DNA from: Longimicrobiales bacterium
GTDB lineage: Bacteria > Gemmatimonadota > Gemmatimonadetes > Longimicrobiales > Gaopeijiaceae
Reading direction: 5' to 3'
DNA length: 64,000 nucleotides
NCBI GenBank assembly: GCA_965226375.1
Contig: CBDDCX010000008.1
Location: 1,504,001-1,568,000 of the forward strand
In this document: one piece after another, positions 11,043-19,984 of the stretch
Position numbering within the stretch: position 1 is the first letter of the stretch
Layout: every line of letters begins with the position of its first letter
Notes under the pieces: model-generated
What the model was told of the DNA's origin: nothing
Database searches by the model: none
The model's input: only the letters and a program-made list of their open reading frames with translations
Made by a program: the position numbers and the translations under genes

Positions 11043-11760
11043 CACCCACGTGGATCGCAGCGATTCCGCCCGTCACGAAACTCCACTCCACGTCCCGGAA
11101 GCCCGACTCACGCATCAAGACCGCAACCTCCTCCGGACCGGGAAATTCCTTCACGGACTCGGGGAGATACGTGTAGGCCCAGGGGTGGCCCGAGACGACA
11201 CGTCCCACCACCGGCAGCACCCTGTGAAAATAGAAGTGGTACAGCCGACGCAGTAGCGGATTCGGCGGGTCCGTGAACTCCAGGATCACGAGGCAGGCGC
11301 CCGGACGCAGGACCCGGGCCAGATCAGTGAACCCCGCCCGCAGGTCCGACAGGTTCCGCACGCCGAACCCGACCATGGCGCCGTCGAACGACGCATCCGG
11401 AAACGGTAGCCGGAGCGAGTCCCCGCACACTGGCGTCACGGAGTCGCCGAGCTTGTCGCGGCCCTCGATGAGCATGGGTAACGCGAAGTCGGTCGCTACG
11501 ACGGCGCCTGTGAAGGCCGGTTGGCGAGCCAGTTCGAGACTCAGGTCGAGAGTCCCCGCGCACGCGTCCAGGAAGCGACCCCCGGGCTCACGCTCCCAAC
11601 CCAGCAGCTCCACGGCCCGCCGCCTCCAACGTCGATCGATGTTGAGGCTCAGCACGTGGTTCAACAGGTCGTACCGCGGCGCGATCTCCGAAAAGAGCGT
11701 GCGGACCTGGGTTTCTCGGTCCGTCCCGCGAGACGGTGTGGCTTTGGGGCTTGTGGCCAT
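11032..11760 (-). CDS. menG: UbiE/MenG demethylmenaquinone methyltransferase
   Basis: FSEIAPRYDLLNHVLS, DACAGT, GFGVRN, YTYLPESV. Confidence 0.9.
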   Translation of the reverse strand: MATSPKATPSRGTDRETQVRTLFSEIAPRYDLLNHVLSLNIDRRWRRRAVELLGWEREPGGRFLDACAGTLDLSLELARQPAFTGAVVATDFALPMLIEGRDKLGDSVTPVCGDSLRLPFPDASFDGAMVGFGVRNLSDLRAGFTDLARVLRPGACLVILEFTDPPNPLLRRLYHFYFHRVLPVVGRVVSGHPWAYTYLPESVKEFPGPEEVAVLMRESGFRDVEWSFVTGGIAAIHVGVSS

Positions 11761-11870
11761 CTGCTCGGCGTTTTGGTTAGCTTTTCTGGACCCAGCTGAA
11801 CAGAAGAGGTCGGTCGGTGTGAGTGGTCAGCCGCGTACCCGGGAAAGATCCGAAGTTTCCCGACCGTAAC

Positions 11871-12527
11871 ATGGCTGCGGACTCTCCAGGGGGCATTCGC
11901 CGTCCCACCGGACCCACTCTTTCGGAGCCCCATTACTTGGACCTACCGGACCAGACCGATAAAGATCTGGCGGCCCTCGCGGCCGACGGACGTGAGGAGG
12001 CCTTCGGCGAGCTGCTCAAGCGATACGAGCGGCCGGTCTTCGCGCTGATCTATCGGATGGTGCGTGACCGATCCTTGGCCGAAGATCTGGCCCAAGAAGC
12101 CTTCATCCGTTCGTTCAACGCCATCTCCTCGTACGACCCGCGCTATAAGTTCAGCAGCTGGATCTTCAAGATCGCCAACAACCACACCATCGATCACTTG
12201 CGGAAGCGCAAGCTGGACACCGTGTCCATCCACGGATCTCCTCATGCTCGTACCGCACGCGAAGAGGAGCAGACCAGCCTGGTCGTGCAGTCCACCGACG
12301 AGGATCCGCACGAATATGTGGAACATCGCGAGCTTGGTCACCAGATCGAGCAGGCCATCGGTGAGCTCAGGCCGGAATATCGAACGGCCATCCTCTTGCG
12401 ACACGTAGAGGGGTACGCGTACGAGGAAATTTCCGAAATCATGGACCTACCCCTGGGCACCGTGAAGACGTACTTACACCGCGCCCGTGGTGAACTGAAG
12501 ACCCTTCTTGCCCACCTCGCCTCTTAG
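11871..12527 (+). CDS. ECF RNA polymerase sigma factor (SigW/SigE-like)
   Basis: AEDLAQEAFI, FSSWIFKIANN, YEEISEIMDLPLGTVKTYLHRAR; start codon uncertain. Confidence 0.93.
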   Translation: MAADSPGGIRRPTGPTLSEPHYLDLPDQTDKDLAALAADGREEAFGELLKRYERPVFALIYRMVRDRSLAEDLAQEAFIRSFNAISSYDPRYKFSSWIFKIANNHTIDHLRKRKLDTVSIHGSPHARTAREEEQTSLVVQSTDEDPHEYVEHRELGHQIEQAIGELRPEYRTAILLRHVEGYAYEEISEIMDLPLGTVKTYLHRARGELKTLLAHLAS

Positions 12528-12538
12528 GGGCTTTTTTA

Positions 12539-12565
12539 TGAAACTTTCGAGAAGATGTCCCCGTA
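12539..12565 (+). promoter_or_regulatory. putative ECF (SigW-type) promoter
   Basis: TGAAAC-N17-CGTA between the sigma and anti-sigma genes; resembles the B. subtilis SigW consensus. Confidence 0.6.
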
Positions 12566-12619
12566 GGGTCGAGTGGGAAAACAACGGGAGTCGATCACGT
12601 GAATAAGAAGGACGTAAAC

Positions 12620-13576
12620 ATGCACCTGACCGCTGAGCGGATTCAGGGGTTCCTCGACGGCGCTCTCCTTGAGGAGGAGAGGGTTCACGTCGAGGAGCAT
12701 GCTACGTTCTGTGCGAGCTGTCAGGCCGAGTTGGACACCTGGCAGCTTCTTTATTCCGAGTTGAGCGAGTTGCCCGAGTTGGTGCCCTCTGAAGGCTTCG
12801 CGAGCCGAGTAATGGCCGGGCTCGAGGTTACCGAAGCGGCGCCACATAGGGTGCCGGCATCAGAGACCTCCAAGGCGGGGGCTTTGGGATGGCTACGCCG
12901 CCGAGCGGCGAGGGTATCCCAACACGTCGGGCCCGAACGTCTACAAGACTACATTGAAGGCGTCCTTCCGCAGCCTTATATGGCCCGGATCGAGACGCAT
13001 CTCGAGGCATGTGGGGCATGCCGCAACGATGCAATCGCCTGGAGAGAGCTGGTCCGACGGATCGAGACATTACCCGAGCTGGTACCTTCCGCCGGATTCG
13101 CACAACGAGTCATGGCGCAGGTCCGGATCGGGCAGCTCGTCCGTCAGCCGGTCGCCGCTTCGAGCCGTGCCCGGAGCCGTGTGCTGGCCTGGGCCGGAAG
13201 CTTGATCCCAAGTACGCAGAAGGCCTGGGCCATCATCTCGGGCGTGGCGGTAACACCCGCCACGGTCGTAGCCCTACTGGCCTACACGGTCTTCTCCAAC
13301 CCGGTGGTCACGCCCGGATACCTGGCTTCCTTCCTCTGGTGGAAGGTCAGCGGTGCCGTCACCGCCGTCGCTGGTCTCGCGGCAGATGCGCTGTTCGAGA
13401 GTGCCCTCATGTTCTACGCCTATTCAGCCCTGGACGCCCTGGCAGGTGCGCCTGTGCTGGCCGCCATGGTCGCCGTGTCTCTCGCAGCCGCGACTGGTGT
13501 GTCTGGATGGGTCCTATACCGAAATCTACTCCCCACCCCGAAGGTGGATGGTCAGTATGCCACAGCCTCGATTTAG
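12620..13576 (+). CDS. zinc-binding anti-sigma factor with two zf-HC2 domains and C-terminal TM helices
   Basis: HATFCASC and HLEACGAC motifs in two homologous ~70-aa repeats; directly follows the ECF sigma gene. Confidence 0.85.
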   Translation: MHLTAERIQGFLDGALLEEERVHVEEHATFCASCQAELDTWQLLYSELSELPELVPSEGFASRVMAGLEVTEAAPHRVPASETSKAGALGWLRRRAARVSQHVGPERLQDYIEGVLPQPYMARIETHLEACGACRNDAIAWRELVRRIETLPELVPSAGFAQRVMAQVRIGQLVRQPVAASSRARSRVLAWAGSLIPSTQKAWAIISGVAVTPATVVALLAYTVFSNPVVTPGYLASFLWWKVSGAVTAVAGLAADALFESALMFYAYSALDALAGAPVLAAMVAVSLAAATGVSGWVLYRNLLPTPKVDGQYATASI

Positions 13577-15287
13577 CTTCAGCCGGCGTCTTCTGCCGGC
13601 CCTTCTCTTCGCGCTCCTTCCCGTCGCGCTGACCGGACAGGCACGGACCGGACAGGTACGAACCGGACCGGTACGTGAAGTCGTGTCGAACCAGCTTGCT
13701 ATCTCGCAAACCGAGGCCGGCTTGGTCCTCGAGTTTGCCGATGACGGTTTGTTGGAGATCGCCCTACGCGACGGTGTGGTGGTGGTAGACCGTGGGATCG
13801 TAGGCAACTTCGACCGAGGCGATCCCCTGGATACAGCCTGGCGTGAGCTCCTCGGCGAGATCGTCAACCTCTCGGACGGAGCGCTCGGAGAAGCTCTGCG
13901 CGATTGGGCGCCCCCTTCGTCTCTGTCGGGCAGTGATCTGACGACCGCCCAGCTTCTGGATGAGTCGCTCGAGGAGGCACTGGGTGCGCGTGTACAGACC
14001 GGTCCGGATGCCGAGCGCGATATAGACATCTCGGCCGGCCTGGGACTCAGCCTGCAAGCCCTTCTCAGCCGTGTGGACAATCTGGGCGAGCTGGGGCAGG
14101 CCCTCGAGGCGATCGACATGCTGCACTCTTCCATCCACATCGGAGAGGATGTGGTGGTCGCTGAAGACGAGACCATCGAAGGAAACATCATCGTCGTGGA
14201 CGGCGATCTGACCGTGAACGGCACCATCGAAGAAGACGTCGTTATCGTCGGGGGCTCCATCACGGTACGGGACGGCGGAGACGTGCACGGTGACATCCGG
14301 CTGGTGGATTCGCGCTACTTCGGAATCGACGAGTCTGCCCTTGAAGGGCGTGTCATCCGAGTCGACTCGGATGACTCCGACTTCGACCTGTCGGCCGACT
14401 TTGGGGACTTCGGGGATCTCGAAGATTTGGAAGATCTCAAGGACCGGATCCGGGACGAAATTCGTAGCGAGTTACGCCACGAACTCCGTGATGTGGGCCG
14501 AGGCTTTTCACCGTTTCTCGCCGTGGGGCGTGGCGTCGCGGAGGTGATGGGGGATCTCATCTCCTTCTTGATCCTCTCCCTGATCGCGCTTGGTGTGGTC
14601 TACTTTGCCAAGGACAACCTCGAGGTCGTGGCCGACACTGCCCGGTGGAATCCGATGCGGGCGGGCATGGTGGGGCTTGCGGGTGCATTCCTGGTCCTTC
14701 CGACCTGGCTGTTGGGTTGTGTTGCCCTCGTGGTCTCGGTGGTGGGTATCGTCGCGCTGCCCTTCTGGCTACTGCTCTTCCCGATCGCGGTGGCTCTGGG
14801 TGCCGGACTCGGCTTCCTGGCGGCAGCCAAGAACATCGGTGAGTGGGTCGCTGAAAGGGAGATCAGCGGCCTGGAGTGGATACAGCCCACCAACACGTTT
14901 TACGCGGTGGTCACCGGTGTGGGTACGGTTCTGGCCTTTTCGCTGGCCGCGAACGTGCTCGACATCGTGCCGTTCTTCGGCTTCTTCAGCGGCCTGATCG
15001 CTATGCTGGGATCCATGATCACCGTTGCGGCGCTATTGGTCGGTTTTGGGGCCGTTCTGCTCACGCGAGGCGGCCGCCAGGCCGAGTTCTACGGCGGCGG
15101 TGATCCCTTTGGAGACGAGCCGGCCTGGGAAGAGGACGGAATCTCTGAAGAGGTGATCGAGGCCGAAGAGGTCCGGGACGAGCCCAGGGACGGGGCCGAC
15201 AGTGAGGACATGGCGGAGGCTACGGCCGACGCAGCCGATGAGACTACCGATGAGGCGGGGGATACCGGGGATGCGGACGATGCATAG
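13557..15287 (+). CDS. membrane protein with polymer-forming cytoskeletal (bactofilin-like) beta-helix repeats
   Basis: Signal peptide; IEGNIIVVDGDLTVNGTIEEDVVIVGGSITV repeats; multiple C-terminal TM helices; acidic tail. Confidence 0.7.
   Translation: MPQPRFSFSRRLLPALLFALLPVALTGQARTGQVRTGPVREVVSNQLAISQTEAGLVLEFADDGLLEIALRDGVVVVDRGIVGNFDRGDPLDTAWRELLGEIVNLSDGALGEALRDWAPPSSLSGSDLTTAQLLDESLEEALGARVQTGPDAERDIDISAGLGLSLQALLSRVDNLGELGQALEAIDMLHSSIHIGEDVVVAEDETIEGNIIVVDGDLTVNGTIEEDVVIVGGSITVRDGGDVHGDIRLVDSRYFGIDESALEGRVIRVDSDDSDFDLSADFGDFGDLEDLEDLKDRIRDEIRSELRHELRDVGRGFSPFLAVGRGVAEVMGDLISFLILSLIALGVVYFAKDNLEVVADTARWNPMRAGMVGLAGAFLVLPTWLLGCVALVVSVVGIVALPFWLLLFPIAVALGAGLGFLAAAKNIGEWVAEREISGLEWIQPTNTFYAVVTGVGTVLAFSLAANVLDIVPFFGFFSGLIAMLGSMITVAALLVGFGAVLLTRGGRQAEFYGGGDPFGDEPAWEEDGISEEVIEAEEVRDEPRDGADSEDMAEATADAADETTDEAGDTGDADDA
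13632..13676 (+). repeat. three imperfect 15-bp tandem repeats in coding sequence
   Basis: ACCGGACAGGCACGG / ACCGGACAGGTACGA / ACCGGACCGGTACGT, encoding TGQAR-TGQVR-TGPVR. Confidence 0.8.
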
Positions 15288-16125
15288 AACGATCACGAGA
15301 CTGGCGCTGGCCCTGCTGCTGATCGGCGTCGGGGTAGCGCGTGGAGAGGCTCAGGATTGGCGGACCGTGACCATGTCTCGGCAGATCGAATCCGACGAGA
15401 GCGTGGACGTGGAGGTGCGCTACGGAGCCGGCCGATTCACGATCCGTGCGGCCGAGCCCGGGACACTCTACCGGATGCAAGTGCGGTACGACGAGGACCT
15501 CTTCGAGCCGATCGCCGAGCACAGGGGCTCAACCCTGCGGATCGGTACAGAGACCCTCGGACGCCGCATCCGTCTCAGTCGTGACAACACGGCCGGAGAG
15601 ATGGAGCTCGAGCTCGCTCAGGACGTCGCCATGGACCTGAGGATGGAGTTCGGAGCCGTAAAGGCGGACATCGACCTCGGCGGCCTGCGACTCACCAACC
15701 TGGAAATCGAGACCGGAGCCTCGCAGACCGATCTGGTCGTATCCGAGCCCAATTCGGAAATGATGGACGAGGCGAGCTTCGAGGTGGGCGTCGCCGAGTT
15801 CACCGCCCGTAAGCTGGGCAACTTGAACGCCAGCCGCATAGAGGTCGACGCCGGCCTCGGTGACATCGATCTCGACTTCTCCGGAGAGTGGCGGAGAGAC
15901 GCGAGAATTTCCGTGGACATGGGGCTCGGCGCCCTGACGCTGCGCTTCCCCAGGGGACTCGGGGTCAGGCTCGTCAAGGACACGTTCCTGACGTCCCTGG
16001 ACTCCGAGGGGCTCGTCAAGCGCGGTGATGCGTACTACTCGTTGGATTACGACGAGGCGGAGTACCAGGTCTCGGTAGAAGTGGACGCCGCCTTCGGGAG
16101 CATCCGTGTCGTCTGGGTGCGCTGA
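15280..16125 (+). CDS. secreted LiaF/DUF2154 (toast-rack)-like beta-repeat protein
   Basis: Signal peptide ending GEA-Q; repeated strand-G units (GAGRFTI, FGAVKADIDL, TGASQTDL, GLGDIDLDF, AFGSIRV). Confidence 0.65.
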   Translation: MHRTITRLALALLLIGVGVARGEAQDWRTVTMSRQIESDESVDVEVRYGAGRFTIRAAEPGTLYRMQVRYDEDLFEPIAEHRGSTLRIGTETLGRRIRLSRDNTAGEMELELAQDVAMDLRMEFGAVKADIDLGGLRLTNLEIETGASQTDLVVSEPNSEMMDEASFEVGVAEFTARKLGNLNASRIEVDAGLGDIDLDFSGEWRRDARISVDMGLGALTLRFPRGLGVRLVKDTFLTSLDSEGLVKRGDAYYSLDYDEAEYQVSVEVDAAFGSIRVVWVR

Positions 16126-16160
16126 CCGCATCCCGCGCACGCTGATTAGGAGATAGAGAG

Positions 16161-16397
16161 ATGATCGGTACACTGCTGACCTTTTTCGCCGTCGGACTCG
16201 TCACACTCGTCGTGGCCGGCATCGCGTTGTCGATCCTGGGTTCCGTGCTGTCCTTGGGATTCGGCCTGGCCGCCTTCCTGCTGTTCAAGGTGGCGCCGAT
16301 CCTACTGGTCGGGTGGGTGGTGCTGAAGGTCATCGACAAGCGCAGGGGTGGGAGTCTTTCCGCGGCGGACCAACGCTGGTTGGAAGGCGGCGAATAG
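16161..16397 (+). CDS. small membrane protein
   Basis: AGGAG RBS; hydrophobic helices; last gene of the ECF operon. Confidence 0.75.
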   Translation: MIGTLLTFFAVGLVTLVVAGIALSILGSVLSLGFGLAAFLLFKVAPILLVGWVVLKVIDKRRGGSLSAADQRWLEGGE

Positions 16398-16477
16398 CAG
16401 GGGGCGTCCCACCTAGTGCGCAACAAAAGGGGCCAGTGCGTCCACTCCGTCGAGGAGCGTCGGACTCCGGGCGGCAG

Positions 16478-16577
16478 CTACCGGCCGACCCGCTGCAACA
16501 GCTCCTCGAAGAAGTTCTCCACCACGATCACCTGGCCCGCCGTCTCCCGCGCACCTGCACTCGGAGCTATGCCAAGC
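16478..16577 (-). pseudogene. orphan C-terminal remnant resembling Ser/Thr kinase-TolB-repeat proteins
   Basis: Minus strand reads ..ETAGQVIVVENFFEELLQRVGR* directly after the mrp stop, with no plausible start. Confidence 0.55.
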
Positions 16578-17699
16578 CTACCCGACGGTCGTCAGCGCCT
16601 CCAGCACCACCTCAGAGATCCCCTTGAGCGCTTGCCCAGCAGCCGAGTCCGGAGCCGAAAGCACCGTGGGCGCGCCCGCGTCGCCGGCAGCCCGGACCGC
16701 CGGATCAAGCGGAACCCGTCCAAGGATCGGCAGATCCATGTCCTCGGCCAGCCGATCGCCGCCGCCGCTCCCGAAGACATCGATCTCCTCTCCGCAGTGG
16801 GGACATGAGAGCCCCACCATGTTCTCCACGATGCCCAGGATTCTCGTGTTCACACGCTCGAACATCTTGATGCCCCTTCGCACGTCACCGGTGGCGACCT
16901 CTTGTGGCGTGCTCACCATGACCACGCCGTCCAAGTCGATGGTCTGCACGAGCGAGAGCTGGGCGTCGCCGGTCCCGGGAGGCATGTCTACGACCATGAC
17001 GTCCAGCGGGCCCCAGCTCACCTGCTCGAGAAACTGCTTCAAGATCCCCGCGATGAGCGGACCGCGCATGATCGCCGGCTGCTCCTTGTCCAGCAGGAAC
17101 CCGAGGCTCATGAGCTTCACGCCGTGGGCTTCGAGAGGTTCGATCATCTCCTTACCCTTGTCACCCGTCACCGGCGGACGACGATCCACACCGAACATGA
17201 GGGGGATGTTGGGCCCATAGATATCGGCATCGAGGAGCCCCACCGACTGCCCGGACGCAGCGAGGGCCGCAGCCAGGTTGCTCGCTACCATCGATTTGCC
17301 GACACCGCCCTTGCCGGAGCTCACCGCCACCACGTGGGACACCTCGGTGAGAAGGCCCGGTTGGGGCGTCGGCGCGGGCACCGACCCCGGCTGGAGGCCT
17401 CCGCCCGGTTGGCGTCCGCCCGGTGTTCCTCCTCCCGGCGTGTGGCCCCCGGACTGCGGCAACTGAACGTTGATCTTCACGCTGGTGACACCGGGCAAGG
17501 CCTCGACCGCACCTCTCGCCTCTTTGACGAGATTTCCCGGATCGTCCGTCTGAAGGGCAAACGAGAAGCGCACGTCGCCCTCGTCTCCCACTACCATGGA
17601 TTGCACGTGCCCACTCTCTATGATGTCGCGGCCCGTGACCGGATTCCGTACGGCCGCCAAGGCCTGGAGAACGGTCTTCCGCACGTTGTCTTCGCCCAT
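16578..17699 (-). CDS. mrp: Mrp/NBP35 iron-sulfur cluster carrier ATPase
   Basis: DUF59-like N-terminus, SGKGGVGKS, DADIYGP, DMPPGTGD, CPHC. Confidence 0.95.
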   Translation of the reverse strand: MGEDNVRKTVLQALAAVRNPVTGRDIIESGHVQSMVVGDEGDVRFSFALQTDDPGNLVKEARGAVEALPGVTSVKINVQLPQSGGHTPGGGTPGGRQPGGGLQPGSVPAPTPQPGLLTEVSHVVAVSSGKGGVGKSMVASNLAAALAASGQSVGLLDADIYGPNIPLMFGVDRRPPVTGDKGKEMIEPLEAHGVKLMSLGFLLDKEQPAIMRGPLIAGILKQFLEQVSWGPLDVMVVDMPPGTGDAQLSLVQTIDLDGVVMVSTPQEVATGDVRRGIKMFERVNTRILGIVENMVGLSCPHCGEEIDVFGSGGGDRLAEDMDLPILGRVPLDPAVRAAGDAGAPTVLSAPDSAAGQALKGISEVVLEALTTVG

Positions 17700-17761
17700 T
17701 TCTACTCCCAAGCGGTACGCTGGGTGACGCCAGCCCATCGCTTCGAGCGACGGCGTGACCC

Positions 17762-17797
17762 AAAAAAAGGGGCGCCCCCGGAGTGTCCGGGACGCCT
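17762..17797 (-). terminator. putative Rho-independent terminator after nifU-like gene
   Basis: On minus strand AGGCGTCCCGGA-CAC-TCCGGGGGCGCC hairpin followed by T7. Confidence 0.6.
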
Positions 17798-17837
17798 AAA
17801 CGGATCGGGCACTGACAGGAGCCCGCCGTTTCTTGAT

Positions 17838-18074
17838 CTAGATTGCCTGCACCTCGGTCACGTCCGGAATGCTTCCCTTGAGCCGACGCTCGATCCCCTC
17901 TTTGAGCGTCATCATGGAGATGGGGCAGGCCTCGCAAGCTCCGAGAAGGCGCAGTTCCACTACACCATCTGTCGGGTCGAAGCCCAGGAATTCCAAATCT
18001 CCACCATCCGCCTGGAGTGCTGGGCGGATTGCCTCCAAGACTTCTTCGATTCTCGCTTCTACGGTCTTCAGCAT
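17838..18074 (-). CDS. NifU/NfuA-like iron-sulfur carrier
   Basis: IRPALQADGGD..LLGACEACPIS..LKEGIE. Confidence 0.93.
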   Translation of the reverse strand: MLKTVEARIEEVLEAIRPALQADGGDLEFLGFDPTDGVVELRLLGACEACPISMMTLKEGIERRLKGSIPDVTEVQAI

Positions 18075-18267
18075 CCGATCGCGTCCCGCGCCACACTTCT
18101 GGAACCGAGAAAAGCTACGAATATTTCATTGCATCAGTCAACATGACCGTTGTTATATTTCAACAAGGTTGCGTCAAACGGACCGAGAACGGAAATTCTA
18201 GAAACATATGTTTTCATCGTCTGCAGGTGTCGAAGGCTGACCGCAGGGATAAAAGCAACGAGGCTGC

Positions 18268-19665
18268 ATGCAAGAAGAGACGACGTCCCTTGGCCCCATC
18301 GAGTCCGAGCTGTCGGGTGCTTCACCCCACATCTCCGACTACTGGCATGTTATGACGCGTCGCCTGTGGCTCGTGCTCCTCATCTTTGGAGTCACGACCG
18401 CTTCTGCTATTTGGGCCGTATCCAAGCAGAGGACGATCTACGAGACGGGTGCCACCCTCCAGATCAATGATCCGCTCGAAGTAACGCGGCAACTGACGGT
18501 CCCGACGAGAGTGTCGGGTATGAACATCTTCGTAGATCCCATCGAATCCGAGATTCAGGTCCTTGCCTCGGTCCAGGTGGCCCGCAGCGTCGTGAACCGA
18601 CTGGGTATGAGGCTGGTTCCCGAGAATCCCAATCTGGTTCGCTCCGATCTCTTCGTCGACACCTGGATCGCTCCGGAGGCGGATGACGGCGTGTTGGATC
18701 TCGTCTACGACGAGCAAGGCACCGCAGCGCAGATCTTCGACGGGATCGGCAACCTCGTCCTCGAAGGGCCCGTGGGCATGGACCTCGACGGCGGCTGGCT
18801 GAGGTTGAAGCTGCAGCTGCCTCCCGAAGAGTCTCGCCGATACCGCTTGGTGATCCATCCTGTGACGGCTGTCCAGGGCGAAGTCCAGGGACGACTGGTG
18901 GCAGCGGCCCTTCAATCGACCAACATCATCCGGGTGAGCTATCGCAATGCGGATCCCATCTTGGCTCCGCAGATCCTGAACGGAGCCACGGTAGCGCTGC
19001 AGGGCTTCGGTGAGGATCGCGTCCGAGTGCAGGCAGAGCGCGACCTCCGGTTCATCGAGCAACGCCTCGACAGCGCCCTCTCGCAGCTCCAGGGGTCGTC
19101 CCGTGCGATCCGAAGCTTCAAAGAGAGCGCCCGCTTCACCAGCCTCTCGGTTCAGGAGCAACAGCTCCTCAATCGTTACGAGCGGACCGACGACCGGATG
19201 CAGGACTTGATCGCCCAGCAGGACGCTCTCCGTGAGGCTGTTCGGCCTAACGTTCTCCCGAACCTCGATCTTCTCCCCAGCGGGCCGTTCCCACCCAACC
19301 CGTCCGAGCTCCTCAACTCCAAGACCATGCAGCGTCTCCTGGAGGAGTTCGAAGGAAAGTACAGCCACCTGATCCTGGATACGCCACCCATCCTCGCCGT
19401 CACCGACTCGTCGATTCTGGGTGCCCACACGGACGGTGTGGTTCTCGTACTTCGTTCTGGAGAGACGGAGCAGCGAGCCGCCGAGCGGGCCGTGGATCAG
19501 TTACGGCGGGTCGGAGTGCGCGTGTTCGGTGCGGTACTGAACGAGGTGGCCTCCACCACCGTGGAGGAGAGCTACTACATGCAGTATTACTACTCGTACC
19601 ACCCCAGGCAGAACGGAGGCCTCAAGAAGTTCGCCAAGGGTCTTCAGAAGGCGAAAATCTGGTAG
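18268..19665 (+). pseudogene. Wzc-like polysaccharide co-polymerase/tyrosine kinase with large in-frame internal deletion
   Basis: Wzz-type N-terminus with one TM joined directly to NLDLLPSGPFPPNPSELL..LILDTPP and a Tyr cluster; second TM, Walker A and Walker A' are absent. Confidence 0.7.
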
Positions 19666-19984
19666 AGGCTCCCCGCTTCGACCTCCGACCTCCCTTTTCT
19701 CAGCCACAACTCTTCGGCTCGTAGTCCGCTCCCCGCCGTCCCGCGTTCGACCTGTTCGCGGGCGCTTGCGAAGGGTGCTCCCACGCCCGAGATTCCGCTA
19801 GAATTTCGCTGTACTTTCTAACAAGACTTCTCGAGTTTTCGAGGGGAAATTCGGGCTGGATCGCCCGGCCGTGCGACGGGTGAACGGCGAGCGTTCCCCG
19901 TCGTTTTTTGGGGCCGCCGAGTCGGCCCGTACAGTGGTCGAAGCTTGTTCCAAACCCAACTATCCGCCCAGAGAGCCTACGTCC

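Noticed and set aside
17385..17455. Short repeats in mrp (GGHTP-GGGTP-GGRQP-GGGLQP)
   Set aside because: Low-complexity interdomain linker; not CRISPR or a mobile repeat.
18075..18267. AT-rich stretch with small ORFs
   Set aside because: Best explained as the divergent promoter region of the nifU-like and wzc-like genes; the ORFs lack coding features.
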